Assembly: GCA_964016885.1 (NCBI GenBank)
Contig: OZ024750.1
Coordinates: forward strand, 53,506,001-53,570,000
Source: Eledone cirrhosa
Taxonomy: Eukaryota
Direction of reading: 5' to 3'
DNA: 64,000 nt
Shown: positions 27,397 to 40,529 of the stretch, in pieces
Numbering within the stretch: the stretch's first letter is position 1
Layout: every line of letters begins with the position of its first letter
Program-made: the position numbers and the translations under genes
Notes under the pieces: model-generated
The model's input: the letters and a program-made list of their open reading frames with translations, nothing else
Told to the model about the DNA's origin: nothing
Database searches by the model: none

Positions 27397-28322
27397 CCCC
27401 ACAGTACACACAATATAGGTTACTCCACCCCACAGTACACACAATATAGGTTACCCCACCCCACAGTACACAATATAGGTTACTCCACCCCACAGTACAC
27501 ACATTATAGGTTACCCCACCCCACAGTACACACAATATAGGTTACTCCACCCCACAGTACACACAATATAGGTTACTCCACCCCACAGTACACACATTAT
27601 AGGTTACTCCACCCCACAGTACACACAATATAGGTTACTCCACCCCACAGTACACACAATATAGGTTACTCCACCCCACAGTACACACAATATAGGTTAC
27701 CCCACCCCACAGTACACAATATAGGTTACTCCACCCCACAGTACACACAATATAGGTTACTCCACCCCACAGTACACACAATATAGGTTACTCCACCCCA
27801 CAGTACACACATTATAGGTTACTCCACCCCACAGTACACACAATATAGGTTACTCCACCCCACAGTACACACAATATAGGTTACTCCACCCCACAGTACA
27901 CACATTATAGGTTACCCCACCCCACAGTACACAATATAGGTTACTCCACCCCACAGTACACACATTATAGGTTACTCCACCCCACAGTACACACAATATA
28001 GGTTACTCCACCCCACAGTACACACAATATAGGTTACTCCACCCCACAGTACACACAACATAGGTTACTCCACCCCACAGTACACACAATATAGGTTACT
28101 CCACCCCACAGTACACACAATATAGGTTACTCCACCCCACAGTACACACATTATAGGTTACTCCACCCCACAGTACACACATTATAGGTTACCCCACCCC
28201 ACAGTACACACAATATAGGTTACTCCACCCCACAGTACACACATTATAGGTTACCCCACCCCACAGTACACACAATATAGGTTACCCCACCCCACAGTAC
28301 ACATTATAGGCTACCACGCCCT
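27397..28322. repeat. 31-bp (some 29-bp) tandem repeat, ~30 copies
   Basis: ccccacagtacacacaWtataggttacYcca. Confidence 0.97.
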
Positions 28323-29837
28323 ACAAGTTATGTATACTTAGATAATGTTAAGTGTTGAGGAGTATATTAGTGAGAGATGACATGAAATGTGAGTGAGTTA
28401 TCTCACTATTGTTGAGAAGATTATGAGAAGAAGAAGGATATTGTTAGGAGATCAGTGATAATTACACTGTCAAACAGGCTCTTCAAGTCTTACTACATAT
28501 TGTCTTGAATATGTTAGTGTTATGATGTGAAGTCACACAGCCTTCGGGTTCGTGTGTACATTATATAGTTGTGGATTTGGTTCCCCAAACAGTGCATTGT
28601 CTTTCTTAGCAACATACTTTACTGTTGCGCTTTATTATAGGACTGGGTGGGGTGGATCATTAAAACACCCGAGAAACCACCTATGAGATGCCATCTTTAA
28701 GGATGCCAACAGCTGTTTTAAGATTGTCCAACCCTTGGAATAACTGGCTTAAAATGATGATGATAATGATATATGGCAGGCTTCTGCACACTATCTTTCT
28801 ACTAAATTTCACTCACAAGAATTGGTCAATCTGGGTCTATTATTGAAGTCCTTGAGGGGCTATGTAGTGGGATTAAGCCCCAAACCACATGGTTAAGACT
28901 TCTTAACCACATCGCCATACCTGTTCATACTGTGTCTTTAAAATAATTTCAATTCAGTTCCCTTTCTACCAGACTCTCTCCTCCACTTTTCTCTCTCTAG
29001 ATGTTTACCAAGACATACCAAACATTGGAATGTTGTGTCTTCAGTCTAAGATGGTCTTTTGGTATTAGTTGTTTTAAGGAAGAGATAATTGGTGAAATTA
29101 CTATTATGGATAGAAAAAGATGATTTAGATGTTTAGAGCAGTATGATAGTTTACTGACTATAATGTTCCTCTCTAATTACTGGCTTGGCCTGCTGATAAC
29201 ATTAATGATATAGTGTGTGTGTATTGGGAGGAGAACTTAAAAAGAAACAGGGAACACCAGGTGTGTGTAGAGAGAGACACATACATACATCATCATCTGG
29301 TGGTAGTTGGGGGGAGGGAGGTGGCACAAACACACATAAATACACACATACACAGGAACACTCTCAAATGATTAACCCTTGGCTTCCAGCAAGAAACATG
29401 AGTGCCAGTAAACCTGGATGTATATTACTCACATAAAGACTGACTGTAATATATGTATGAAGTCACCCCATCAGTAAACATTTGTTGTTATTTATAGACA
29501 TCTACAACCCAGCATTAACATTTATCTATCCATCCAGCTATCTACCTGTCTGTCTAGCTATCTATCTATCTACCTATCTATATACCTATCCAGCTATCTA
29601 ACTACCTACCTATCTGCCTATCTATCTATATAATGTGATGTGATAAATACAATCATTAAGGCAGAATCCTTCACTGAAATGTGCAGCCATGATAAAAAAT
29701 AATATGTACACAGGAAAGGTTTGGCTGGATGTGTTTGTTAGAATATTGTAATTGGTTGGAGAGAACCTGTTTGTGCCTGAGTGTGTAAAATGATTTAACA
29801 TCCATTTTCCTTGCTAAATGATAAGTGTGTGTGTGTG

Positions 29838-31370
29838 TATCATCGTTTAATGTCAATTTTCCATGCTAGCATGGGTTGGACAGGTTGTCATGTTTGAGGT
29901 AAGTTGGCTCAGGTAATCATGACTTACTCATACAAAACTGTTTCTGGCTGGGTTTCTATGGCTGGATGCCCTTCCTAACACCAACCACATTTACAGTGTG
30001 GGATGGATGCTTTTTGTCATATTTCCTTACACAGGCACTTTACAGTGTCGTCTGGGTTCTTTTTGTGCGATAACCCTTTCTGTGACCTCCATGACCTGGT
30101 CAACCAACTTAATGCCTCTATAGTTTTTCTGTCTAGAGCGTTTCCTTTGCCCTTGTAGCAGTTGATGATGATGTTGTTACATCAGTCATTGGGTATAATA
30201 CCATTTCGTATGACTTGGTTTACAATATGGGTGATTCTGGTGTGACCCACCATTCCAGATGCTTTCAACATCTCAGCAATTATCCTCCAAAATCCAGCTG
30301 CCTTGCCTGTCTTCATATCCTTGATTGCCTTACTTACTATTCTATTACTAATTTGCACAGTTGGTCAATTTGGGGTAAACTATCTTTATTCCATTCATTC
30401 TCCTCATTTAGTAGTCTTTCATAGTGGCACTTCCATGCTACCTTCTTATCAGTATCAATGAAGGTAAGTACTCTGTTATCATCGCAGGCACACTTCTCCC
30501 CAACAACATCACAATATTCCTTGATACATTGCCTCAATCCTGAACACCTCACACCTCTGGTTCTCACGTTGCAAAACATGCTTAAAATTTGTATCTTCTG
30601 CTTCCCTTCTTGCAAAGTTCACTTGTCGCCTAGCTTCTCTCTAAGCCTCCTATCCCACCCTTTTCCCCCTATCCTGCCATTCTTTCCAAGCCAGCCTTCT
30701 GGCTTTAATAATCTCCTCCACCCTACTGTTCCCCCACCAAAGTACTCTCCTTCTCCCATTCTTTCCAGGCTTTAATCATCTCCACCCTACTGTTCCCCCA
30801 CCAAAGTACTCTCCTTCTCCTAAGAGACCTGCTCCATCCTCAGATTTCATTTGTCATCTTCAGTAGGTTATCTTTCAGGAATTCCCACTGCCCCTATATT
30901 GTATGTCTTTATTTGCTCATCAAGTAACATACTTCTAAATTTGTTACTGACTGTCGGGTCCTTCAACTTTCACATTCTTCTCCTCAAGGTTGTCCTCTGT
31001 CATTGAGTACGTCTAGTTTTGACTATGAGGTCACTAACTTTTAGGCTATGTTGGGTGGTGCATTCTTCACAAGGAAGGGACTTTGTGTTTATAACAGTCC
31101 CTCTGTCTTATTTTCTGGTTAGTGTGCTCTGGCTGGTGTGCTTCCCTGAACTATAAGTGATCAAATGATTGTCTCGTTTTTTGAGGTTTGTGCTATAGAT
31201 AATTAGGTCATTTACATCACATAATTCCAGGATCCTGAAGCCTTCCTCATTTCTAGTACCAAACCCCCAACCTCTGTGGATCCCATTGTAACCACCACAG
31301 TGTTGTCCAACATGTCCATTAAAGTCACCAGCAATAATTATGTAGTCACTGCCATTTATTTGGGCTATAT
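29838..31370 (-). mobile_element. Decayed RTE-clade LINE (APE endonuclease and RT N-terminal fragments) plus SINE-like tail
   Basis: ORF 31108-31428 IIIAGDFNGHVG...GFGTRNEEGFRILELC; ORF 30337-30615 DVVGEKC...KKVAWKCHYERLLNEENEW; tail ccatgctagcatggaaaattgacattaaacgatga on the minus strand. Confidence 0.82.
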
Positions 31371-31749
31371 TATGTTCTATATATACCGACACTGACATGC
31401 ACATGCATGTGTTACCCAACTTACTCATTCTTCAGAATAAACCTGTTGTTCATTTCCATTTTGAATATAATCACTAAAGCCATTTTGCATTATGATATCT
31501 CAGAGCAATGAAGTTCATTACTAACTTATCTCTTTCTTTTTTTTTTCTGTATTATCTCTCTATTTAGCTGTTCATCACATATGTGTGTATATATCAATGT
31601 TTTCCATATATTGATTCTCACTATATCTGTCTATATCTCAGTGTAGAATATAAAATGTCACGAGCCAACTGGGTGTATAACTGTACTCAGGGCAATTTCA
31701 TGATTGATGTCAGATACATTCTGCAATGTGTCTATACACACACACACAT

Positions 31750-33260
31750 TATTATTATTATTTCCATTATTATTTTTATTTCACATCATTATTGCCTTAC
31801 CGGGCACAGCTCTGTGTGCCTTGGGTACATACAGTTTAGTTTTTACTGGTGCTGTTTCTATTGTATTGATAGTACTGTTCGTAATATGTGTGCAGTGCCT
31901 AGGAGTGCTATCTTTTGTATGCTGCATATATTTGTAAGTCCTCGGATTTGGTTATGCATTTATCTGTTTTTTTCCCTGGAACACCTATAATTGTAGTTAT
32001 TGTTTTAGTTTTCATTTTCCACATTTGAGTTATTTCTATCTCTAGATCTTTATATTTGGAGAGTTTCTCTATTTCCTTGGAAGATATATTGTCATCTGTG
32101 GAGATAGATACATCTATTAGAAGGTATTTTTTTTTCTTTGTGGTCTTTGACTATAAGATCTGGTCAGTTGGCTTTGATCTATATCTGTATATATTGGCAT
32201 ATCCCAGAGAATGGTTGCTTTGTTATTCTGACACTTTTTCTGGTGTGCATTTGTACCATCTTTTTTCTGTTGGTATTTCATAATGCTGGCATAATTTCCA
32301 GTGTATGAAGGTCCCGACTCTATCAAGCCTGTGGATATATTCTTTTTTGGCTAGAGCTGGGCATTCAGAGACGATGTGGTTGATTGTTTCTTCTCTATCT
32401 CCACATATTCTACAATTACTTATTGTACTTTCTTTCATTATGTACCTTCTCGTGAGTCCAGTACTCAGGAGCCAGTTTTGTGTGTTTTGTTTGTCTACTT
32501 CCTTTCTATTTAGCTTTCTGGGGTATTGGGCATGTAAGGATTTCTCTTGCCATCGTTTTAACATGGTATTCTGGATGCCAGTTTTCAATTTAAATTTTAT
32601 GCCTTTCACAATTTCTGTTGTTATTGTCTTTGTTTTCTTCTTCTTCCTCTTCTTCTTCCTCTTCTTTTTCTTTGTCATCGTCGTCGTTGTCGTAGTAGTA
32701 TTAGTCTTATTTTTTTTTATCTCTGCATCACTGAGCACAACTCGGTGCACCATGGCTATGTGTAGTGTAGTTTTTGGTGTTGTTTCTATTGTATCAAAAG
32801 TACTCTTAGTAATATTTGTGCAGTAGCTAGTAGTGCTGTATGTTGTATATATTTGTAAGCCCTCGGTTTTGGTTATGTATCTGTCAGTATATTTATCTTT
32901 CTCACAGCACCTATTATTATAGGTATTATTCCTGTTTTCATTATCTATATTCAGGTTTTTCTATCTCCAGTTCTTTATATTTGGATAATTTCTCCATTTC
33001 CTTGATGGATATATTCTTGTCTGTGGTGATACATCATTTAGGAGACATTCTATCTGCTCAGTTGACATTGATCTCTCTGTCTGAGTATATTGCTATATCC
33101 CCGAATATGGTTGATTTGTCTTTCTCTGATGCTTTTTCTGGTGTATATCTTTTCCCATCTTTTTTTTTCTGTTGGTATTTTGTAGTGTTGTTATAACTTC
33201 CAGTGTATGTACATCCCAACTCTATCATATCTTTGGATATATTCTTTTTTGTCAAAGACT
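31750..33260 (-). mobile_element. Two tandem 3' fragments of an R4/Dong-type retrotransposon (CCHC zinc knuckle plus REL endonuclease)
   Basis: NCRICGDREETINHIVSECPALAKKEYIHRLDRVG.FIHWKLC, ILWDMPIYTD; second partial copy at 32830-33255; 3' end abuts (AAT)n. Confidence 0.8.
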
Positions 33261-33819
33261 AGTTAGCCACAGACAATGACGCTAATTCTTCCCAACCACC
33301 ACTTAACCTACACTTATTGTCTTCTGCTTTATTATGTATTTTTTTGGTTTCTTATTGTAAGATAGGTTCTGTGGTCAAATTTAACGTATTTCAATGGTTT
33401 AAGTTTGGCCATGGAGCGTCTCAGTAAAGTATGGAATGCTAAGTTGAATAATGGTCTTATTAGTCACAATTTGTAACATTTTACACGCACATGTATATAG
33501 TATTGTATAATTGTATGTATAAATACAGGAGTGTTTGAAGACTCTGCCCCATGACCCTCGCATGAATAAATGGGTAAAGGAGAAAAAAAAAAAGCCTCAC
33601 ATCCTGAAAGTAAACACTTGTATCTGTTCTCTATCTGAGACCCCCCCCCCCACACACACACTAGTCTTCTGACTGACAGGAAATATTCTCCTCCCTGCCC
33701 ACCTAGGTTATAAATCTATAAACCTTCTAGTGTTACTGTCAGTGAAACAATATATTAGACAAACTAAGCTGAGACTTCAGATACAACATCCACTTAACAT
33801 ATATTCTGTTTGTCTGTTG

Positions 33820-34460
33820 TCATCGTCTTCTTCTTCCTGAGAGGGACGTGGAGGCAGAGTCCTCAAACACTCCCTCCAGAGGGTCCTGTCAGAAACAACT
33901 GTCTCCAACTGATCCGGCTTGATCCCCAAGCAAGACCAGCCAAGCTTGTAGATGTTATCTAACCAATCTTGCTCATGGTCTACCTCTGGGTCTCCTGCCA
34001 GTTGGTTTTGCCCATAAAATCTGTCCAGCGATTCTTTCCTGAGATATTCTAACTACATGCCCATAATATCGGAGCTGTGAGCTCTCAATTTGGAGAAGCA
34101 GTGGCTCTATCTGGAGTGACTCTCTGATGTCTGAGTTACACACTGTCGAGTAATGTTACTCCAATGACCCTTTGGAGGAATCCCATTTCGGCTGCTTATA
34201 TTCGCGATTGTATCTTTTCAGTCATTACCCAAGATTCATGACCATATGTAAGGGATGGCACGAATACCGAATTGAAGACAGCGAGTTTGGCTTTTTCACC
34301 TACCTCCCTTCTTCTGATTACTGAGTGCTGAAGCTAGCACATTACTGCACCAGCTCCTGCAATTCTTGCGCTTAATTCCGCCTCCTGCCTTCCACAACTC
34401 ATGAACACAGCCCTTACTTTCTTCAGTGGAACTCCATTTACCTGTAGACTGCACTGTAGA
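33820..34460 (-). mobile_element. RTE-clade LINE 3' fragment (second family)
   Basis: Minus strand reads LQVNGVPLKKV..QEAELSARIAGAGAVM..AKLAVFNSVFVPSLTYGHESWVMT..AAEMGFL..QLRYYGHVVR..GRRPRGRP; (GAA)n tail. Confidence 0.8.
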
Positions 34461-36049
34461 GAATTCCTTGTCTGTCTTTTTTTTCTTGTTATTTTCATTT
34501 TCTTGCTGTCTGAAGTAAGAATAATTCTTGTTTTATAAATCTTCACTTCATATCTAATATCACTAACACAGACTGTGATATTTCTTTTGTGTCCCACATA
34601 AAACAATCCCATTATTCAGCATTTAGATATGAAAAAGATGAGTACCCTACTTTAAATTTAAAAGAAAAAAATGTTAATGACGTGTATATTGGTATGAGGA
34701 AGGACATCTAGCTGTAGAATTCTGCCTCAAAAAGTCACACTAACCCATGATAGCATGGAGAAATTGCCTTAATACTTTGATTACCATAATTCTAATGAAA
34801 TGAACTGTATTTCAATTAATTACTAAAATTATTATATCATTATTGAATTATTAACTTAATATATCGTTTTTATATAAAATTATGTTGGAAGGTTTTCATG
34901 TAAATATGAACCCTTTAAAATGGGTTGATTTATTTAAAAGCAGAGCTAGTTTTGGCTGGGCCGGAATCAAAAGTGATGAGGAGGAGCTAATGATGGTATA
35001 ATGAGTTGGAAAATTTAATGAAGCATCAACTTAACATTGACTCCGTCAACCCCCCACACACTTTCTAACATGATAAATATTAGATTCCCCTGGCTGTTTG
35101 AAGTGTAAATAATTCTTGTTTTATAAATGTGAGAGTAAAATAGTTGTTAGTGCTATGTTGGGAAGATCACATTTTATAAATACAGGTATAGCTCTGGGGA
35201 TATCAAGTTTGCAACCACATGGTTTCAGGTTTAATCACACTGTGTGACATCTTTTACTATAACCTCAGACTGAACAATTTCTTGTGAGTGAAATTTGGTG
35301 GACAGAATCTGTGAGGAAGCCCATCATATATGTGTTTGTTTGTCTGTGTTTCTCGTTTTTTCTTCTGCTCATTTTGTATCTGATATCATTAATGCAGGCA
35401 GTGATATTATATGTTTATGCCCTACATTATGTCAACCAATGTCAGGAAGGACATCTTGGCTGTAGAATTCTGATATAAAATGTTTCATCCAACCCATGCT
35501 AGTATAGAAACATGTAATTAAAGCTGATGACAACACACCGATGACAGCATATTAAACGAGATTGGAATATAAATGTAACATTAACTTAATTAACATTGAT
35601 CTTTTTTTGTCTATTTTTTTTTTTATATTTCCTACGTGATAAATATTTAAATAAATTTCTGTTGCTCTTTAAAGAGTGAATAATACTTTTTTCATAAATA
35701 TGTAAGTAAAATAATTTGCTAGCACTGTATTGAGAAGATCCTGTTTTACAGTGAACAAGCATTGGTACCGGCACAGCTGTGGCTTAAAAGTTACAGGAAC
35801 ATAAAACCATAGTATTTGAGGAATATATAATACCTATCTCCAAGTTATATTTAGGGGTAGTCTTTAGTACTCCATATTTAGCCAGTAAGCAATGGAAAGT
35901 AAATTTATACACACACACATTTAAAAAAAAAAAAATCTTTTTCTTTACATTACATCCACTTATCAGATATTTTCTACGATAGCATTTACCACAATAGCTA
36001 CCTATCTCTTTCAGACGCTAACCCCAGATAACTCCCACCCACCCTTCCA

Positions 36050-37975
36050 ATAGCTGGACTCTGCAAGCTGTAATGAAGACAACCCATCTTAGAGGGTAGT
36101 GACTCTGATTAAAAACAACTGCATGGGGCAGACCTGGACCTCATAGGAGGCCAGTGAGTCTGATGTAAAATTGATTGCACATGGGCTCCGTAAGCCATAG
36201 TGAAGGCTTCCAGTCTAGGAGAGTAGAACCTCCAAATAAAAACTGATACAGGATGGAGAAGATTCTTAAGTCTGGTAAAACAACCTTTCTAGTGCAGCAG
36301 GAATAATGCACCAGTCCAGGCTGTAAAGTGGTTGGTGATAAGACAGGCATCCAGCCAGTAAAACCCAGCCAAAAATATGAAAAGCACGACCAATATGATT
36401 TCCACTAGTTGCGAACACAGGGCTGACACTAGTGATGTTAGTGCTGCGCACGGTAATGGGATGACTAGAGTAGCCATGTGCGAGAACCACTTGACCATCA
36501 TCAAGCACTTACACAACCACTTTCCCTTTGAGGTACATAGAACCTCTAACCGAAGAAGTAACAACAACTATCACGGTATAAATCTCAAGATTACCAAATA
36601 TACTGGTGACAATCACATCTACCTATGCTCCGCATGCAGGACTAGATAAAGAACAAAAGGACAGTTTGTATGAGGAACTTTTACAGAAAACTTTAAGTAT
36701 TGAAGAAAGAGACCTCATCATCCTGGCAGGTGACTTCAATAGACATTTGGAACAGTACCAGGATAGATTCAGTGGAGTTCATGGTTGCTATGGTTAAGGC
36801 TCTAGGAATGAAGAGGGGCTGAGACTCCTGGAATTCTGTGATGCAAATAAATGAATCATTTGCAACACAAATTTCAAGAAACAAGCCAATCACTTGATTT
36901 CATATGAATCGGGTGAACACACAAGCCAAATTGATTACTTACATGTTAGACAATAAGATAAACAGACTTTAATAAATACTAAGGCCCTCCCTGGGGCAGT
37001 ATACACTGCCCAGCACAAGTTATTAGTGACATTAAGATAAACACAAGACAGAATAAGACATACAAGAAAATATGGAGACAGAGGGTGTGGAAGCCAAAAG
37101 ACCTCTCGGTTAGATATAGGTTTAGAAAGACACTAGTGGATGCACTTGAGAGCGATGATGTGCTAGATATAACATAGAGAACAACTGGAAATTATTATGT
37201 GACAACCTTTTGTGAACTACTGGCAAATTTGGAGTGAAAAGGTCTGAGAGTAAACTTATCCAAAACTAAAGTGCTAATGAGTAGGAGAGAAGAAAGGAGC
37301 CAGATTCTCTCAGTGAAGTGGCCATGCAGAAAAGGAGTACGCATAAACGCTATACAATGTAAATCTTGGGTACACAAAAGAGTAGGCAGGAAAGGAGAAA
37401 TTTGCATGTAGATGCACAGGAGAAATTGAGAGGAAGAGTGCTAATGATATAAACCTTTTCTAGTCACAGGAAGGATCCATAGAAGTGGTTGGTGCACCAA
37501 GAGTATAATAGCTAGAATAAGGATAGGACGGAAGAAGCTTAGAGAACTACTCCCACTGCTAGCAAAAAAAAAAAAAAAAAAAAAAAAAAAGGTTTCTCCC
37601 TACATACCGAAGGAAGGCTGTATGTAGTGTACAATGCTGCATGGTAGTGAAACATTGACTGAGACTGCAGAGGACATGCATAGACTGGAGAGAAATGAAG
37701 TAACCATGTTTCTTTGGACGTGCAAGTGAGAGAAAGGCATGCACATGGACAATGTCCGATGAGTGAAAAAATGCCAGGAAATCCCAGTGGAAGGAAGCCA
37801 CAGTAGAGGACGACCAAGAAAGACCTGGGCAGAGGTTGAGAGAGTTGACCTCATATCACTGAGACTGGCAGAGGAGATGATGAAAGAATGTGACAAGAGG
37901 ATGCCCTACTGAGAAGGACTTGTCCAACCCATGCAAGCATGGAAAAGTGGATACGAAAATGATGATGATGATTAT
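36050..37975 (+). mobile_element. Internally deleted RTE-clade LINE (5' UTR, endonuclease, RT C-terminus, tail)
   Basis: ITSTYAPHAGLDKEQKDSLYEELL...IILAGDFN; MLHGSET; SRGRPRKTWAEV; tail acccatgcaagcatggaaaagtggatacgaaaatgatgatg. Confidence 0.8.
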
Positions 37976-40068
37976 ATATATCATCTTCATCACCATTGTT
38001 TTGTTTTTTGCCTGTTTCCCATGTCAGCATGGGTTTGACATGTTTGAAACTAGACAACTACAACTTGCTCAAATGTTCCATTTTTTGCTTGCTGGATACC
38101 TTTCCTAGCACTTCACTTTACAGAGTGTACTGGGTGCATTTTATGGCTCCCACACTAGAGAGTTTGTTTTGTCCTCAGCAGAACTAAAGAAATCCCCTCA
38201 ACTTTGTTGTGTCCCTTTGAAAACCAACCACTTTACTGAGTGCACAGGGTGTGTTTTATCATGGTGCCGGCACCTGTGAGTTTACCTTGAAGTTTGCGAA
38301 GCTGAGGGTACACACATTCATTCACACACACACACACACACACATTCATTCAACTGCTCATTTTATATTTTCTTTACAAGGTGTTTCACAGTTGTAATAT
38401 ATAGCCGACATTGCTTTGAAGTTAAGAATATATTCATAGTTAAATGGTTATGACATTAGTTTACATTCCACCTATCTACCTCCACCGTCACCACCATTAA
38501 TTACCCGTGTCTATAGATTAAGAGGAGTGTGTTACTGTAGCTACCAAGTTGTTGTTAGTAAACCTAATACTTACTCAACTTTGCCTACTTAGATTTAATG
38601 TTAACTTTTTACATCCTGTAATGATTTAGCAGAACATTTCTAAAAGCAGGTTTGTTAATTCAAATGTTTATAATATCTTTACTTGCAATATTAAAGACTT
38701 CAATTTTAAAATATAATGCAATCATATGACTGTTTCCTACTTGTCAGGGATGTCTTACTAATGTGCTTTCGTAGTAGCTGGTGTTAAGGAAATATAGAAA
38801 CAGTATCAAGTTAGGAATTCTGAAAATTCTAAGAAGTACATTAATACTACAGGTTAATGTTGTTGTTGTGGCGGCTTGGTTTATATTTTCACACTTTACA
38901 TCTTTTCTTTCTTTCTTTCACCTCCTCCTTCTAAAATACACCCAGTACTCTCTGTAAAGGAGTTGCTATTAGGAAGGCATGACAATCACCATAGTTCTTG
39001 TGCCACAGTAAAGTGTACACTATACAGGAATGTAAATAATATGCAGTTGTGGGTTCTGCCACTGTCTCATGCTGAATCTCCCTGAGAACAACATTGAAAG
39101 TACACATGACTGTTGGAATGTTCAGTCACTTACATGTTAATTTCATTAGTCGGCTGTTTCATTTGTCAAACAACTCGAACATTCAGTGTCAAAACCCCGT
39201 GGTCTAACACCCACACAAACACAAACATACATATATACACCAGTGTGTATATATGAACTCCCTTCATATATATACACCAGTGTCTGTATATGAACTCCCT
39301 CACTATACAAACATAAACATACATATATACACCAGTGTGTATATATGTACTCCCTTTATATATATATATATATACACCAGTGTGTGTATATGAACTCCCT
39401 CACCACACCCACACATACACACAGATATATATACACCAGTGTGTATATATGAACTCCCTTCAGGACCTTTCACTGTACCCTCCTCCATGACACAATCCAT
39501 AATCCGTGTATTATACCCCCCTCCCCCCATATATCTATGCCTGACAGTTACAAAATATGACTGCTTGTTAAACCAACAACCAAACTGTTCTATTACATAT
39601 TTCATGCTAGCGTGAAAATAGACATTAAACGATGATATATATATATATAAACATAAGAGCAGTTCAATAAAAAATCAAATATTCGAGGATCATGGGTAAT
39701 GTGGTGGCTGGACAGGAGGGTAACATAGACCAGTCACAAGGTGTGGGTAAATATCCAGGTTCAAACCTCCTTTTCCATATAAAGTGTGAAACTAATAAGA
39801 CTTTTACTACCTCTGTTGTCACTTCCTTGTACTATATATAAACATATATTTGAGTTCACTTACCAAGGCCAGATATAACGCATGTTCGTACCCTATTCAT
39901 ACAGTGTGTCTAAGCCAGTCAAGCATGAAAAATAGGTGTTAAATGGTGATGATATATATATATATGTATATATATAGAGGTAGAACACTGGAGGGTTATA
40001 TCCTTATTGGTAGAGCACTCAGTCCATGGGACGAGTTAGGTAGAAGTGGTTACACAACAGTTAGTTCA

Positions 40069-40118
40069 CCATACCGAGAACAATTGTTTCACCTTAGCGG
40101 ATCCTCAGCTCGTAATGG
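40069..40118 (-). ncRNA. Minimal type I hammerhead ribozyme motif in a PLE-type module (39977-40128)
   Basis: Minus strand ccattacgag-CTGAGGA-tccgctaaggt-GAAA-caattg-TT-ctcggtatgg: stem I cgag/ctcg, palindromic stem III. Confidence 0.7.
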
Positions 40119-40422
40119 ACATGGTTATATATATGAGGAAAATTTGAATATATATTTGAGCCATGTTAGGTTCAAATATTAAGGTCAAAATGAACAAACA
40201 TGAAATTGTGTTTACAAAAGTCAAGCTCAACTGAGCAAACCTTTTATTTATGCTCACAAATGCTCAACTGAGCAAATGTATGATTATGTTCACAAATGTT
40301 CAGTTGAGTGCACATGTGATTATGTTCACAAATATTAACTCCTCCATCTGTCAGGAAAATAGCGTCTAGATGTCTGAAAAATTATATTTTTTCTTCCATT
40401 TCTCTTTCTGTTCTCTCTTTCT

Positions 40423-40529
<107 letters not shown>

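Noticed and set aside
29001-29061. Possible exon after a strong ctctctctag acceptor
   Set aside because: Weak donor and no recognisable Trio-like peptide.
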